Shown: positions 8,867 through 18,807 of the stretch, in pieces
Layout: the number at the start of each line of letters is the position of its first letter
How positions within the stretch are numbered: position 1 is the stretch's first letter
From: Patescibacteria group bacterium
GTDB lineage: Bacteria; Patescibacteriota; Patescibacteriia; JAHIZJ01
DNA length: 64,000 bases
Reading direction: 5' to 3'
Assembly: GCA_041661625.1 (NCBI GenBank)
Contig: JBAZUB010000002.1
Span: forward strand, 28,059-92,058
Notes under the pieces: generated by a model
What the model saw: the letters and a program-made list of their open reading frames with translations, nothing else
The model's database searches: none
Told to the model about the DNA's origin: nothing
Made by a program: the position numbers and the translations under genes

Positions 8867-10615
8867 GTGCTCAGATCGCATTGGCGCAAACTCAAGACTA
8901 CTGTCGAGCCGCTGGTCGTCAGCGGCCGCCGCCTGATCGTACCCACCTGCCTGTTGATTGCGGCGGTCCAGGCCATGCAGTTTGCCGGCCCGTATCTGTT
9001 CAAGTACGTGATCGACGGGTTAGCCACCGGCGTTGCCGGCCGGCCGGTTCGGCTAATCTGGATCTCGTTCGGGGTCTGGATGCTGCTGGGAGTGGTCAAG
9101 AAGTACCGCGATGAACATATCTTCACCTACCTGTTGCTGCTCCAGAAACACCTGCCGCTCCAGGCGGCCGCCAAATTGGTGTCGCTGCCGCTGGGGTACC
9201 ACGAGCAAAACAACACTGGCAGTACGATCAACAAGATCCGCCGCGGAGCCGACATGTTCGAGTACCTCAATGGCACGTTCTTGTTCGAATTTCTGCCGAC
9301 GGTTATTCAGACAGTCGCCACGTTCGTTATCTTGTTGGTGCTCAACTGGCGGATCGCTCTGCTCTTCTCGGCGGTCATACCGCCGTACGCGGTTGTGACA
9401 TACTGGCTGAACCGGCGGGTGCAGCCATTGCGCCGCAGCCGGTTCGATGGCTACGAAGTGAGCGCTTCCACGCTGACGCAGACGATCATGAATGTGGGCA
9501 CGGTGCAGTCGTACGCCCAAGAAGAAGCGGAGGTGCGGCGGTTGACCGACATCCAACATAGTATCTTTACCACGGAACTGCAGGAGTGGCGGACTGTCAT
9601 TCGGGTGAATTTGCTGCGCGACCTGATCATTAATCTGGGCAGGCTGGCTGTCCTGTTGGTCAGCACGACGTTCATCATGCGGCATGAAATCAGCTTGGGC
9701 AGCCTGGTGTTGTTTCTGTCGCTGTCGGAGCAGGCGTACTTTTCGCTGTTCCGGCTGTCGCGCATCTTCGACATCTCGGCTGAGGGAGCGGAGGCGATTA
9801 CCCGGCTATCCACTCTGGTGAAGGAGCGGCCGGCTATTGTCTCGCCGCCCGACGCTGTACCGGTAACGCGGCTGAATGGAGGCATACACTTCGAACATGT
9901 CACATTCGCCTATACGGCTAACGGCGATGAGGCGCTAAATGACATCTCATTTGCCGTCCAGCCGGGCGAAACAGTGGCATTGGTCGGGACGAGTGGTAGC
10001 GGTAAGACAACGATCGTCAAGCTGTTGTACCGGCATTATGACGTGACCGGAGGGCGGGTGGCTATCGACGGACAGGACGTGCGCCAATTGCCGCTGTCGG
10101 AGGTCAGAGGGCAAATGGCAATCGTACCGCAGGAAGTCGATCTCTTCGACCGGACGATTCGTGACAACATCGCGTTTGCCCATCCGGGTGCGACTGATGA
10201 GCAAGTCATTCAGGCGGCCAAGCTGGCGCACGCGCATGAGTTTATTGTCCGGCTGCCTGATGGCTACAACACGCTGGTGGGAGAGCGCGGTTATCGCTTA
10301 TCCGGCGGCCAACGCCAGCGGGTGGGCATTGCGCGGGCGATCCTGACTGATCCGCGGATCCTGATCTTCGACGAGGCGACCAGCCAGCTGGACAGCCAGT
10401 CCGAGCGGCTGATCCAAACGGCGCTGGACCACCTCCGGCGCGGCCGCACCACCATCCTCATCGCCCACCGGCTGAGCACGATCCAGCGGGCCGACCGGAT
10501 CCTGGTCTTCGACCGGGGCCGGCTGATCGAACAGGGCGATCACGCTCGTCTGGTCTCCCGCAACGGCCTGTATGCCAGTCTGCATCGGCTGCAAGTGGAG
10601 GGAGCAGTCGTGTGA
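8867..10615 (+). CDS. ABC transporter, fused permease/ATPase (MsbA-like exporter)
   Basis: 582 aa; N-terminal 6-TM domain; Walker A GTSGSGKTT, signature LSGGQRQR, Walker B ILIFDEATSQLD, H-loop IAHRL; GTG start after aggagga RBS; gene markedly more GC-rich than flanks. Confidence 0.85.
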   Translation: MLRSHWRKLKTTVEPLVVSGRRLIVPTCLLIAAVQAMQFAGPYLFKYVIDGLATGVAGRPVRLIWISFGVWMLLGVVKKYRDEHIFTYLLLLQKHLPLQAAAKLVSLPLGYHEQNNTGSTINKIRRGADMFEYLNGTFLFEFLPTVIQTVATFVILLVLNWRIALLFSAVIPPYAVVTYWLNRRVQPLRRSRFDGYEVSASTLTQTIMNVGTVQSYAQEEAEVRRLTDIQHSIFTTELQEWRTVIRVNLLRDLIINLGRLAVLLVSTTFIMRHEISLGSLVLFLSLSEQAYFSLFRLSRIFDISAEGAEAITRLSTLVKERPAIVSPPDAVPVTRLNGGIHFEHVTFAYTANGDEALNDISFAVQPGETVALVGTSGSGKTTIVKLLYRHYDVTGGRVAIDGQDVRQLPLSEVRGQMAIVPQEVDLFDRTIRDNIAFAHPGATDEQVIQAAKLAHAHEFIVRLPDGYNTLVGERGYRLSGGQRQRVGIARAILTDPRILIFDEATSQLDSQSERLIQTALDHLRRGRTTILIAHRLSTIQRADRILVFDRGRLIEQGDHARLVSRNGLYASLHRLQVEGAVV

Positions 10616-10622
10616 TGTTCGT

Positions 10623-10656
10623 AAGGCGTTTCCGAATTCGGGGACGCCTTTATCTA
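10623..10656 (+). terminator. Hairpin terminator after ABC exporter (aaggcgt..ccgaattcgg..acgcctt)
   Basis: Nested inverted repeat followed by T-rich stretch. Confidence 0.45.
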
Positions 10657-10658
10657 TA

Positions 10659-10688
10659 TCGACAAACTTACCCGATTACAGTTATAAT
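10659..10688 (+). promoter_or_regulatory. Candidate promoter for glyA-folD (TCGACA-18-TATAAT)
   Basis: Hexamers read directly 38 nt upstream of glyA GTG. Confidence 0.45.
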
Positions 10689-10725
10689 TATTAAAGACGC
10701 CTTTTGATTTCTAACCACTAACTTT

Positions 10726-11991
10726 GTGAGCGACTATACCATCCTGCCACTATCACAGCTGACGCCACACGATCGGCCGGTGGCTGCGGCTATCCAGGCT
10801 GAATTGGAACGGCAGCGCCATGGGCTGGAAATGATCCCATCCGAAAACTTCCCATCGCTGAATGTGCTGGCTGCGCTGGGTTCGGTATTGAATAATAAAT
10901 ACGCCGAGGGCTATCCGGGCAAGCGGTATTATGGCGGCACGGAATTTGTCGACACGATCGAACAGCTGGCCATTGATCGAGCGAAGCAATTATTCGGTGC
11001 CGAGCATGTTAATGTGCAACCGCTATCCGGCGCGCCGGCCAATATCGCGGTCTACTCGGCCTTGCTCGAACCGGGCGACACCGTATTAGGCATGGACCTT
11101 TCGCACGGTGGACACCTGACGCATGGCCACCCGGTCACCTGGATGTCGAAGCTGTTCAAATTCATACGTTACAAGACCACACCGACCGGTGAGATCGACT
11201 ACGAACAGGTACGAGACCTGGCGCTCGAACATCACCCAAAGCTGATTCTTTGCGGCTACTCGGCTTATTCGCGCGAGATCGATTATCAAAAATTCAAGGA
11301 TATTGCCGAAGAAATCGGCGCCTACACTATGGCCGATATCGCCCACCCAGCCGGCCTAGTCGCTGCCGGAGTAATGAAGAACCCGGTGCCGTTGTTTGAC
11401 GTTGTCACGACGACCACCCACAAGACACTGCGCGGACCGCGTGGGGGAATGATTATGTGTCGAAACGATCTAGCCAAGAAAATCGATGCGGCGGTATTTC
11501 CCGGATTTCAGGGCGGACCGCACGAACATCAGATTGCCGCCAAGGCAATTGCCTTTGGTGAGGCGCTACAACCAGAATTCGAAGACTATGGAGCCCAGGT
11601 GCTGCGTAATGCCCGGGCGCTGGCCGAATCACTGGCGGCGGGCGGATTGCCGATTATGTTCGGTCGTACCGAAAATCATCTGGTCCTGGTTGATGTCACT
11701 TCGTTTGGTATCGGAGGCAAACAAGCTCAAGCCATATTGGACAACGTACGTATTACGGTGAATAAGAACATGATTCCAGACGACATCCGTCCGCCGATGG
11801 ATCCGTCGGGTATCAGACTGGGTTCGCCGGCGCTCACCACGCGCGGTTTTACGGAATCAGATATGCGCCGGATCGGCACCGCTATTGTTGAACGACTGCG
11901 CTACCCCGACAGCGAGGAAGTGCGTGAACGCACCCTTGGCTTGGTAAAAGAATTAGCCGATATGCATCCGCTATATCCGGAGCTAAACTGA
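10726..11991 (+). CDS. glyA: serine hydroxymethyltransferase
   Basis: 421 aa; [29 protein letters not shown] (PLP-Lys) motifs. Confidence 0.9.
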   Translation: MSDYTILPLSQLTPHDRPVAAAIQAELERQRHGLEMIPSENFPSLNVLAALGSVLNNKYAEGYPGKRYYGGTEFVDTIEQLAIDRAKQLFGAEHVNVQPLSGAPANIAVYSALLEPGDTVLGMDLSHGGHLTHGHPVTWMSKLFKFIRYKTTPTGEIDYEQVRDLALEHHPKLILCGYSAYSREIDYQKFKDIAEEIGAYTMADIAHPAGLVAAGVMKNPVPLFDVVTTTTHKTLRGPRGGMIMCRNDLAKKIDAAVFPGFQGGPHEHQIAAKAIAFGEALQPEFEDYGAQVLRNARALAESLAAGGLPIMFGRTENHLVLVDVTSFGIGGKQAQAILDNVRITVNKNMIPDDIRPPMDPSGIRLGSPALTTRGFTESDMRRIGTAIVERLRYPDSEEVRERTLGLVKELADMHPLYPELN

Positions 11992-12842
11992 TGAAATCTA
12001 TCGATGGTCGAGCGCTGGCCCAACATCTCAGGAATGATATTAAAAACGAAATCACTCAATCGGGAATCAAACCCGGACTGGCTATTGTTTTAGTCGGTGA
12101 TGATCCGGCCTCACAGCTATACGTCAGCCTGAAGGAACGTGCCTGCCAAGAGGTGGGCATTGTCTTCGAAAAACACCTGCTGCCGACTGATGCGCTAGCC
12201 GAGCAGGTGATTGGCTTGATTGAAGAATTAAACGAGCGCGCCGATATCCATGGCATAGTGGTTCAATTGCCACTGCCGCATCACTTGAACGAGGACAATA
12301 TTATTTCCGCGATCAATCCGCTAAAAGACGCCGATGGTTTTCATCCAGACAATCTGGCCAGCTTAGCGGCCGAGAAGCCCAAGCTAATGCCGGCGCTGAC
12401 TTTGAGCATTTTGGATTTGATTCATAGCACGGGTGTCAACGTGCAAGACCGGCTGGTTGTGGTACTTGCCAACAGCCGCGTTTTTTATAAACCCCAGGCT
12501 CAGGTATTGCAGCAAGCCGGTGCTCGGACAGAGTTTGTCGGCACGGACGTAACCAGTCCGTTCGTACTCGAGGCGGATATTGTTATCATTGCTCTTGGTA
12601 AGCCGGGGGTGCTGAAGGCCGAACACGTAAAAGATGGGGTAGTGATAATCGACGTGGGAATAACCAAGACAGCTCAGGGCGTGGTTGGAGATGCCGATCC
12701 GGAATCATTGGCAGCAAAATCCGGATGGCTAACCCCGGTGCCGGGTGGAGTCGGGCCAATGACAGTGGCGCACTTATTGGGCAATACTGTGCAAGCGGCG
12801 CGGATGCTGCAGGCTCACCAACCACCCCCTACTTCAAAATAA
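11991..12842 (+). CDS. folD: bifunctional methylenetetrahydrofolate dehydrogenase/cyclohydrolase
   Basis: 283 aa; IDGRALA, LAIVLVGDDPASQLYV, GIVVQLPLP, PVPGGVGPMTVA motifs; ATGA overlap with glyA stop. Confidence 0.85.
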   Translation: MKSIDGRALAQHLRNDIKNEITQSGIKPGLAIVLVGDDPASQLYVSLKERACQEVGIVFEKHLLPTDALAEQVIGLIEELNERADIHGIVVQLPLPHHLNEDNIISAINPLKDADGFHPDNLASLAAEKPKLMPALTLSILDLIHSTGVNVQDRLVVVLANSRVFYKPQAQVLQQAGARTEFVGTDVTSPFVLEADIVIIALGKPGVLKAEHVKDGVVIIDVGITKTAQGVVGDADPESLAAKSGWLTPVPGGVGPMTVAHLLGNTVQAARMLQAHQPPPTSK

Positions 12843-12874
12843 AATCTTAAGACAAGGTTCAAAGATACTACAAA

Positions 12875-12906
12875 CTGCCCCCTCCTTTGTAAGGAGGGGG
12901 CAGTTT
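12875..12906. terminator. Bidirectional hairpin terminator (ctgccccctcctt tgta aggagggggcag) between folD and convergent gene
   Basis: 12-bp GC-rich stem with short T runs on both sides. Confidence 0.6.
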
Positions 12907-12936
12907 AAAGAATTGTGCTGCTAAGTTGGTTTGGGT

Positions 12937-13740
12937 TTAACCGGGGCCGAGCGGGTTGTGGTTGCTCATGACTTCGGTATAATCGTCAAAGCCATCGCCA
13001 TCTGTATCACGATTGAATGGATCCGTGCCAATCGTCCGTTCGGAAGCATCGGTCAAGCCATCCTGGTCGGAGTCGACGTTAGCGTTGACGTTTGAGTTGC
13101 TATTGGTGTTGCTATTGAGGTTACTGTTAGCATTGGCATTAATATTGCTATTCAAGTTGGAAGAATTAACGTTCGAATTCCGGTCCGCGTTTGTGTTGGC
13201 GTTTCCGTTCAGATTCGTGTTGGCGTTAACGTTTTCATTCGAGTTGCCGTTAGTGTTGCTGGTATTCGTATTATCATTTAAGTTCTGATTGAGATTGCCG
13301 TTTAAGTTGCTGTTCAAATTGGAATTCAGGTTGGCATTGCTATTCCGATTGAAATTTATATTGCCAGTCGTATTGGTATTGAGATTTGAGTTATTAACAG
13401 TGGAATTCGTGTTGGAATTATCATTTTTAGCGGTCAGGTTTTGAAATAAGAAAATGGCTCCGATGACCACTCCAGCCAGGATGAGCAGAATTATTACACC
13501 AATAATAATGTACTTCTTGCGGCCGGAATTGTCCGAATATTGGGGTTCGGGCGGGCCGCCGGCAGGAGTTGTCGGCGGAACGTTTACATTCGGCATGGTG
13601 GGTGACATTGGCGGCTGCCCAATAGGAGGGGGCGTATTGCCCGGTGGGGTGATATTGGCGGGATCGTCGAACATGCTATTGTTGTTTATTTGATAACTAC
13701 TAATACTATACCACAAACGCACCATTGAAACAAAATCCAC
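12937..13740 (-). CDS. membrane-anchored Asn-rich low-complexity protein with C-terminal thrombospondin-type-3-like Ca-binding repeats
   Basis: 267 aa; Pro-rich N-term, one TM (IIIGVIILLILAGVVIGAIFLF), long N-x-N repeats, C-term DSDQDGLTDASE..DTDGDGFDDYTE. Confidence 0.5.
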   Translation of the reverse strand: MDFVSMVRLWYSISSYQINNNSMFDDPANITPPGNTPPPIGQPPMSPTMPNVNVPPTTPAGGPPEPQYSDNSGRKKYIIIGVIILLILAGVVIGAIFLFQNLTAKNDNSNTNSTVNNSNLNTNTTGNINFNRNSNANLNSNLNSNLNGNLNQNLNDNTNTSNTNGNSNENVNANTNLNGNANTNADRNSNVNSSNLNSNINANANSNLNSNTNSNSNVNANVDSDQDGLTDASERTIGTDPFNRDTDGDGFDDYTEVMSNHNPLGPG

Positions 13741-13958
13741 GGTTGACTAAGCGGGCAGAAAACGCTAGATTTAAGAGACTCTTATTACCCAGAACCATAA
13801 CATGTCCTTCTCAGTCGGCATTGTACGAACACAACCCAACATTTAGAAAGAGCAACAAACCCCAAGTTGATACCCTTTTTCTTCGAAATCAAGCTTCCCG
13901 CCACACGTAGTGCTGTGGTGCACAAAGAAACTATACATTCATAGACCATAAATAAAAT

Positions 13959-13982
13959 CTCCCTTAGCTGGGAGTTTTTTGG
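13959..13982. terminator. Hairpin terminator (ctccc ttagct gggag + TTTTTT), likely 3' end of the minus-strand sugar operon or of a short plus-strand transcript
   Basis: 5-bp stem plus T6 on plus strand; A/T-rich on other side. Confidence 0.45.
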
Positions 13983-14121
13983 TTGTAATGATACTCTTAA
14001 TTGCCGACTGTTAATGAAATAGCTAACTGGATGGCAGAAAACAGCCTCTACTCCCAACCTCGTTACACTATTTCTTTACCCACCTTACGCTTACCCCAAT
14101 GGTATATGGTTGCTCGAAGCT

Positions 14122-15285
14122 TTATAAGCGGTCATCAAGATCGTATATGGTATTTATTTTTCCAGACAATACGCTTATGAATCTAGGTTTAGTCGATAAC
14201 TGACGAATAACTGTCGGTCTAGAATCATCAATTTCAGAAGCTAATAGTATTGGCTTGATCGCAAACATCGACCCCTGATAGTCAAGATTGATATTTGACA
14301 CCAAATATTTTTTCGACAAACTTACCATATTCTCCCAGGCTGTAGGCGGTTTTGCGATACACGTGTTGCAATTGCCTAATTGCCGCGAAGAGCAAGTACC
14401 GTGCGATTTGGGCTGGCAAGGGAAGGACGGCTGTTCATCATATGACGCCTGTTGGGGTGTGTGCATAACCGAGGTCAACGTGTGTAATGGTTGTAAACCA
14501 AAAGGCATGATGGAAAAATATAAACCATCAGCAACAGTAAGGCCAGCGCCTTTCATTTTGCTTGATGCTTTACATAAACATACCTCGCACAACTCATATT
14601 TTATTTTGTATTTCTCAAGACCAAACCTAGCGTTTATTTGGTTCACGCTAGCATACGTGGCGTTTACAACATAAGAAGTCCTGATACTGTGCGTATTATC
14701 AAATTCTATTACGTAGTCCGTGTCATCTTTAACGATGTTGGTTAGCTCTTTATTTAGCTCAATGCTAATGTTGCTCTTGCGTGAGATTCTTTTTCGTAAT
14801 TCGTTTTTCACTTTAAAAAAATCAAAGCTACACTCCTTCGTTTCGAACGCGGCCAGAGTGGAGCCTGGCACAAAGTATCTATCAGTATCACATGCGCGAA
14901 TCGGAATGCCAACTTTTAGACAAAATTGGATATATTCATCAGGGCTAGTTTTCGACCTGTTTGATGAAATCGCATATATTTGTTTAAACGACGCGTTAAT
15001 TGATGATTCAAAATCTCTAGCAAATCTATTGTAGTAATACGCCGTTTTTTCCGCTGTTTCTATACTACGAGGATAATGATACCCATTATGTAGTCTGGCT
15101 TGATTCACCATACTGGCCCTACCGAAAATATTGGAATCAATATCGACCACGATAATGTGTTTGTGCTTTTTGGCCAATACTAACGCAGCGTAAAGACCAT
15201 ATATACCAGCCCCCAATATTATTACATCACATTGTTTACGGTTCTTGATGCTTACTCGCTTGTGCATACCAGTGCTTTGCGGCAT
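14122..15285 (-). CDS. FAD-dependent oxidoreductase (Rossmann GAGIYG)
   Basis: 387 aa; dinucleotide-binding motif VIILGAGIYGLYAALVLA near N-term; last gene of AT-rich sugar operon. Confidence 0.55.
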   Translation of the reverse strand: MPQSTGMHKRVSIKNRKQCDVIILGAGIYGLYAALVLAKKHKHIIVVDIDSNIFGRASMVNQARLHNGYHYPRSIETAEKTAYYYNRFARDFESSINASFKQIYAISSNRSKTSPDEYIQFCLKVGIPIRACDTDRYFVPGSTLAAFETKECSFDFFKVKNELRKRISRKSNISIELNKELTNIVKDDTDYVIEFDNTHSIRTSYVVNATYASVNQINARFGLEKYKIKYELCEVCLCKASSKMKGAGLTVADGLYFSIMPFGLQPLHTLTSVMHTPQQASYDEQPSFPCQPKSHGTCSSRQLGNCNTCIAKPPTAWENMVSLSKKYLVSNINLDYQGSMFAIKPILLASEIDDSRPTVIRQLSTKPRFISVLSGKINTIYDLDDRL

Positions 15286-16093
15286 TTATTGATTCAGTTA
15301 AATCATCCGATAGATTATCGGGCTTTGGCACCATTTCTACTGAGTAATAACCGGCATATGATTTATTCATTGTTAGCGTCACTACTTCCTGGTATATTGC
15401 ATTATCTACTTGAACACGTCCCAGACCTGGACTGCTAAAATGAACATGTCCGATCATCCCCACAGCGTTGGCAACCACGGTTTGTGGATCCTCCTGATTA
15501 CTTATCATAGTGCCGGTATCTAAATTTATAGCTAAACCGGGTTGATGAACGTGGTTTAGAAACTCGATTACCTCCGATGAGGTAGTGAATATATCATTCT
15601 CTTGTTGACGTGGTATTGGTTCGATACAAAAAGACATGTTGTGTTTGTGAGCAAATCCTCCAATATTAACGAAGAATGCTGCAACCAAGTCATTTGTATC
15701 TTGATTTAAGTTGGGATTTAATGCGCGGTGGCGTGGAGACCCAAACACAATAGCCCGTATGCCCAGTTGTGCGCCGATTGATATAAGATGTTTGATATAT
15801 CGGAGCGCGAAGTTATAGTCATCTTTATTTTGAAATATCCTGAGATCAGGATAGTTATATAGAAGCGATTGCATTGCTACTGGCCGTAAATTATTCCGTT
15901 GTAGCGTTCTTAAATAGCTTTCAATGTCTGCTCTGCTTACACTCTCGGGTTTATCCCATATGCGCGTTGGACAGATTTCCAAATAAGAAACATCCAATTG
16001 GGTGAGCAATGAGTAAATTTGATCATTAACTGATTTATCCCAAGCAATATTGGATACTGCCAAGTGAATTGTGTCAGCATTATTGTTAGTCAT
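15236..16093 (-). CDS. sugar-phosphate isomerase/epimerase (xylose-isomerase-like TIM barrel)
   Basis: Start reassigned to MTNNNADTIHLAVSNIAWDK (ATG at 16091-16093) because the longer ORF overlaps the upstream gene and its terminator; TIM-barrel AP-endonuclease/xylose isomerase-like signature residues. Confidence 0.5.
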   Translation of the reverse strand: MTNNNADTIHLAVSNIAWDKSVNDQIYSLLTQLDVSYLEICPTRIWDKPESVSRADIESYLRTLQRNNLRPVAMQSLLYNYPDLRIFQNKDDYNFALRYIKHLISIGAQLGIRAIVFGSPRHRALNPNLNQDTNDLVAAFFVNIGGFAHKHNMSFCIEPIPRQQENDIFTTSSEVIEFLNHVHQPGLAINLDTGTMISNQEDPQTVVANAVGMIGHVHFSSPGLGRVQVDNAIYQEVVTLTMNKSYAGYYSVEMVPKPDNLSDDLTESINAAKHWYAQASKHQEP

Positions 16094-16111
16094 TTGTATA
16101 ATTGTAGTACC

Positions 16112-16159
16112 GTGTGGACAAAAAAGCAAAAAAAAGACGGGGAACATTGCCATTCCCCG
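16112..16159 (-). terminator. Rho-independent terminator on minus strand (cggggaa cattgcca ttccccg followed by TCTTTTTTTTGCTTTTTT)
   Basis: 7-bp stem and long U-tract immediately downstream of the P-loop kinase gene. Confidence 0.55.
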
Positions 16160-16188
16160 ACTAACCTTCGGATTACCGCTGATGTCCC

Positions 16189-16749
16189 CTATGCAACTTC
16201 GGGGCAATGTTCGGCGATCATCGCATCCGCCGCGCGATAGAGATCGTCGATCGTTCCCGAGTTGTCGATCAGCACATCGGCTACCGGCTCGATGTCGGGC
16301 ACGTGCCAAGCGACTTTCCGCTCATCACGTGGCAGCAGATAGGCCTTGGCCTCCTCGATGCTGGCCAAGTTCTCGCGAATGACCTGCCGTTCGAGGCGGA
16401 TCTCCTGAGACATGTTCACCCAGACGATGACGGCCCGGCTGCCAATCTGCTCGCGCATATAGAGACCGAGGTCTGGCCCATAGAGACTCTCCAGGCAGCA
16501 GCATTCGATACCGTTCTCGTTCACCCACCGTAGGAACTGCTTCGTGAACTCCTCGTGAAGCCAACGGGGGCGCTCAAACGCGGCTCGCTCGTTCCACTCC
16601 ACGAAGTCACCGGAGTGTCCCTCGTTTTCCATCACCATCCTCATGAATGTGACGATCTTGAGCCTCGTGATGCCCTTCGAATCGAGGTAGCGGCCGAACG
16701 TGCTCTTTCCAGATTCGCTCATGCCGCCGATCAGGAACACCTTCTTCAT
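16189..16749 (-). CDS. P-loop nucleoside/nucleotide kinase family protein
   Basis: 186 aa; Walker A GGMSESGKST near N-term; GC-rich relative to neighbours. Confidence 0.55.
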   Translation of the reverse strand: MKKVFLIGGMSESGKSTFGRYLDSKGITRLKIVTFMRMVMENEGHSGDFVEWNERAAFERPRWLHEEFTKQFLRWVNENGIECCCLESLYGPDLGLYMREQIGSRAVIVWVNMSQEIRLERQVIRENLASIEEAKAYLLPRDERKVAWHVPDIEPVADVLIDNSGTIDDLYRAADAMIAEHCPEVA

Positions 16750-17174
16750 GATCCCTCCTCCATCAATAGTCGGGTCTGTTCTTCAGATTCCGCCGGCGTG
16801 TGAGGCCCGTGTGCCACGTTTCTGATAATGCTTTCAGCCCATAGCATGCGGATACCGGAAGCCGGCTCCCTCTTGCCGATGATTTCTCGCACTTTGCGAA
16901 TGGCGTCTTCACCCTCCACGATGAAGATGTGTAAGGGTGCCGAAGCCATGAACTCGACCAGCTCAGGAAAGTAGTCACGGTGAGAAAATTCTCGATACAG
17001 TTCGGTGGCAGTTGCGACCGTGATCGTCTTCCTTCTCTCCTCGACGACTCTTAACTGAGCAGCCACTATCAATTCCCGGATCCTGTCAACCAGCCCCTTA
17101 GCTACCCCGTCGGGTTTCACTAGGAGCATCGACCTTTCCACGGCGCACATTACTCCCTCCCTTGGGGTAACCAC
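16746..17174 (-). CDS. nucleoside-diphosphate-kinase-like protein (divergent)
   Basis: 142 aa; ERSMLLVKPDGV and NVAHGPHTPAESE resemble NDK N-terminal and NxxHGSD regions but active-site motif is altered. Confidence 0.5.
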   Translation of the reverse strand: MVTPREGVMCAVERSMLLVKPDGVAKGLVDRIRELIVAAQLRVVEERRKTITVATATELYREFSHRDYFPELVEFMASAPLHIFIVEGEDAIRKVREIIGKREPASGIRMLWAESIIRNVAHGPHTPAESEEQTRLLMEEGS

Positions 17175-17923
17175 TGGCTTGGCCAGTCTATGTCTACTGA
17201 GACCAGTCGGCCATCAGGAAGCAAAGCAAACTCCCATGTCGGCATCGGTGCGATACGCGCGAGTTGTGCGAACGCATACGAATGAGACTGAAGCGTGTGG
17301 CATATGCTCCGGATAACCGTCGCAGGCAATATGTTGGCATATCCGACCTCGCGTAGTCGATATGAAGCCTCGATGTAGTCTGAGTAGTCGAGTGTGAATT
17401 GCTGTAATTCTCCCGTATACGCGGGCAATTGCCGATCGAACAGAATCTTGTTCGGCAAAACACCCCGCTGCATCTCAAGCACCTGACGATCACCATCGAG
17501 ATACAGCACATGTCCCGCGATGGATTCCGGTCCCCAAATCACCGGGGTAAACTCGACCCAGGTAGCTGGTCGCAGTTTTAGAATCTCTTGGAGCGCCCGA
17601 CCTTGATCGATAATGCGTTTACGACCCTGGTCGTCTCTCCACTCCACCGTATGATCGCTTTGAATCTGGAACAGAGGCGGAACCGCAGTCAACATCGGTT
17701 TCTCGGAAACGATTACCAGGAATGCCTCACCGTGGGCGAGGTGGTCATGGTAAATCCGAGACACTTGATCCTGATCACTTACGGATACAGCACATGGTTC
17801 ACCATCAGATGGTAGACCAAGACCTCTCATCAATGCTCGTTTCTGGAGACGTATCGGGAGAGCTAGGTCAATCCCAAACTCTCGGGAATGGCTGACCAGA
17901 AAATCGTCTTTCATGACGGTCAT
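17150..17923 (-). CDS. hypothetical protein (257 aa), GC-rich, in kinase/NDK block
   Basis: ORF in operon context; no motif recognised. Confidence 0.4.
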   Translation of the reverse strand: MTVMKDDFLVSHSREFGIDLALPIRLQKRALMRGLGLPSDGEPCAVSVSDQDQVSRIYHDHLAHGEAFLVIVSEKPMLTAVPPLFQIQSDHTVEWRDDQGRKRIIDQGRALQEILKLRPATWVEFTPVIWGPESIAGHVLYLDGDRQVLEMQRGVLPNKILFDRQLPAYTGELQQFTLDYSDYIEASYRLREVGYANILPATVIRSICHTLQSHSYAFAQLARIAPMPTWEFALLPDGRLVSVDIDWPSQWLPQGRE

Positions 17924-17999
17924 TAGCCCCTCCTTTGAGGTTTGAGGTTTTTTGTCACGACTATCCGGCAGTTTTCACCGGTAGCGATTGTCTACTATG

Positions 18000-18764
18000 T
18001 CAAAGGTCATAAAGAGCGAATAGACCACTGTATGGCTTTTTTGTAATTTTGTCAAGGTCCTTCTGGTTATGCAGGCTCCACCAATTACCACGATAACGAT
18101 AGACCTGTAGTGATTTAGGATCACTAGAAAATAGGTCTTCGTTCACTTCATCGAGATCGCTGGGAATGTTTTGTGCTGTGTACTGTCTCAATAACTGTGG
18201 TCGAATAATCATGCAGCCGGGTGACCACATATGTTGTAGCTTCGTCCGTCTAGATGATTTAATTTGATTCACTCCTTTAGCTGTGCCTACGCTGATTACC
18301 TTTCCTTGGCTAAACATAAGTTGTAAATGCGTGTCCGCTTCCTTATGTCTGTTGGTTACAAGTAATACGCTTTTGTCTGATGGTAATCCATGTATAATCA
18401 ACTTCGTAAAAAGATCCGGCGATAAGAGTACGTTGCCATCGCAATACAAGAATGGCTTTGTCCATTTCATTGTTGCCGCGCGTAGACGAGCAGGAAGGCT
18501 CATGTTCGGCGTATATTTTCCAAAGTGTATGCTGACCCCCCGTGATTTCCAATACGCCCGCGTCCTTGCAGCACTGCGATTGTGTTCTGGCCAGCCAAGA
18601 AGTACTACTGACCGTACGTTAGCTTGTTTTGCCATGGCAATGAGGTAATACAATAGCGGCTGGTTGGCGATTGGATAAAGCACTTTTGGGCCACGGTATT
18701 TTATTTTCTTAAAATAGTCGGAAATGCGTTGCCCGCGTCCCCCGACCGCAATTACCATTTTCAT
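18000..18764 (-). CDS. sugar-1-phosphate nucleotidylyltransferase (GlmU/RmlA-like N-terminal fold)
   Basis: 254 aa; MKMVIAVGGRGQRI...PKVLYPIANQPLLYYLI matches NTP-transferase signature. Confidence 0.65.
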   Translation of the reverse strand: MKMVIAVGGRGQRISDYFKKIKYRGPKVLYPIANQPLLYYLIAMAKQANVRSVVLLGWPEHNRSAARTRAYWKSRGVSIHFGKYTPNMSLPARLRAATMKWTKPFLYCDGNVLLSPDLFTKLIIHGLPSDKSVLLVTNRHKEADTHLQLMFSQGKVISVGTAKGVNQIKSSRRTKLQHMWSPGCMIIRPQLLRQYTAQNIPSDLDEVNEDLFSSDPKSLQVYRYRGNWWSLHNQKDLDKITKKPYSGLFALYDL

Positions 18765-18807
18765 AGTATGTATCTAAAGTAATATATAACTGTTGATTAT
18801 CTATTTG

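Noticed and set aside
13013-13288. 91-aa Leu-rich ORF on the plus strand
   Set aside because: It is the antisense reading of the Asn-repeat (AAT/GTT-rich) coding tract, a low-complexity artefact.
15236-16309. Long N-terminal extension (MARARHRAGS…) of the TIM-barrel isomerase ORF
   Set aside because: The extension is Arg-rich and lies antisense over the upstream kinase gene and its terminator. The internal ATG at 16093 (MTNNNAD…) gives a proper intergenic region.
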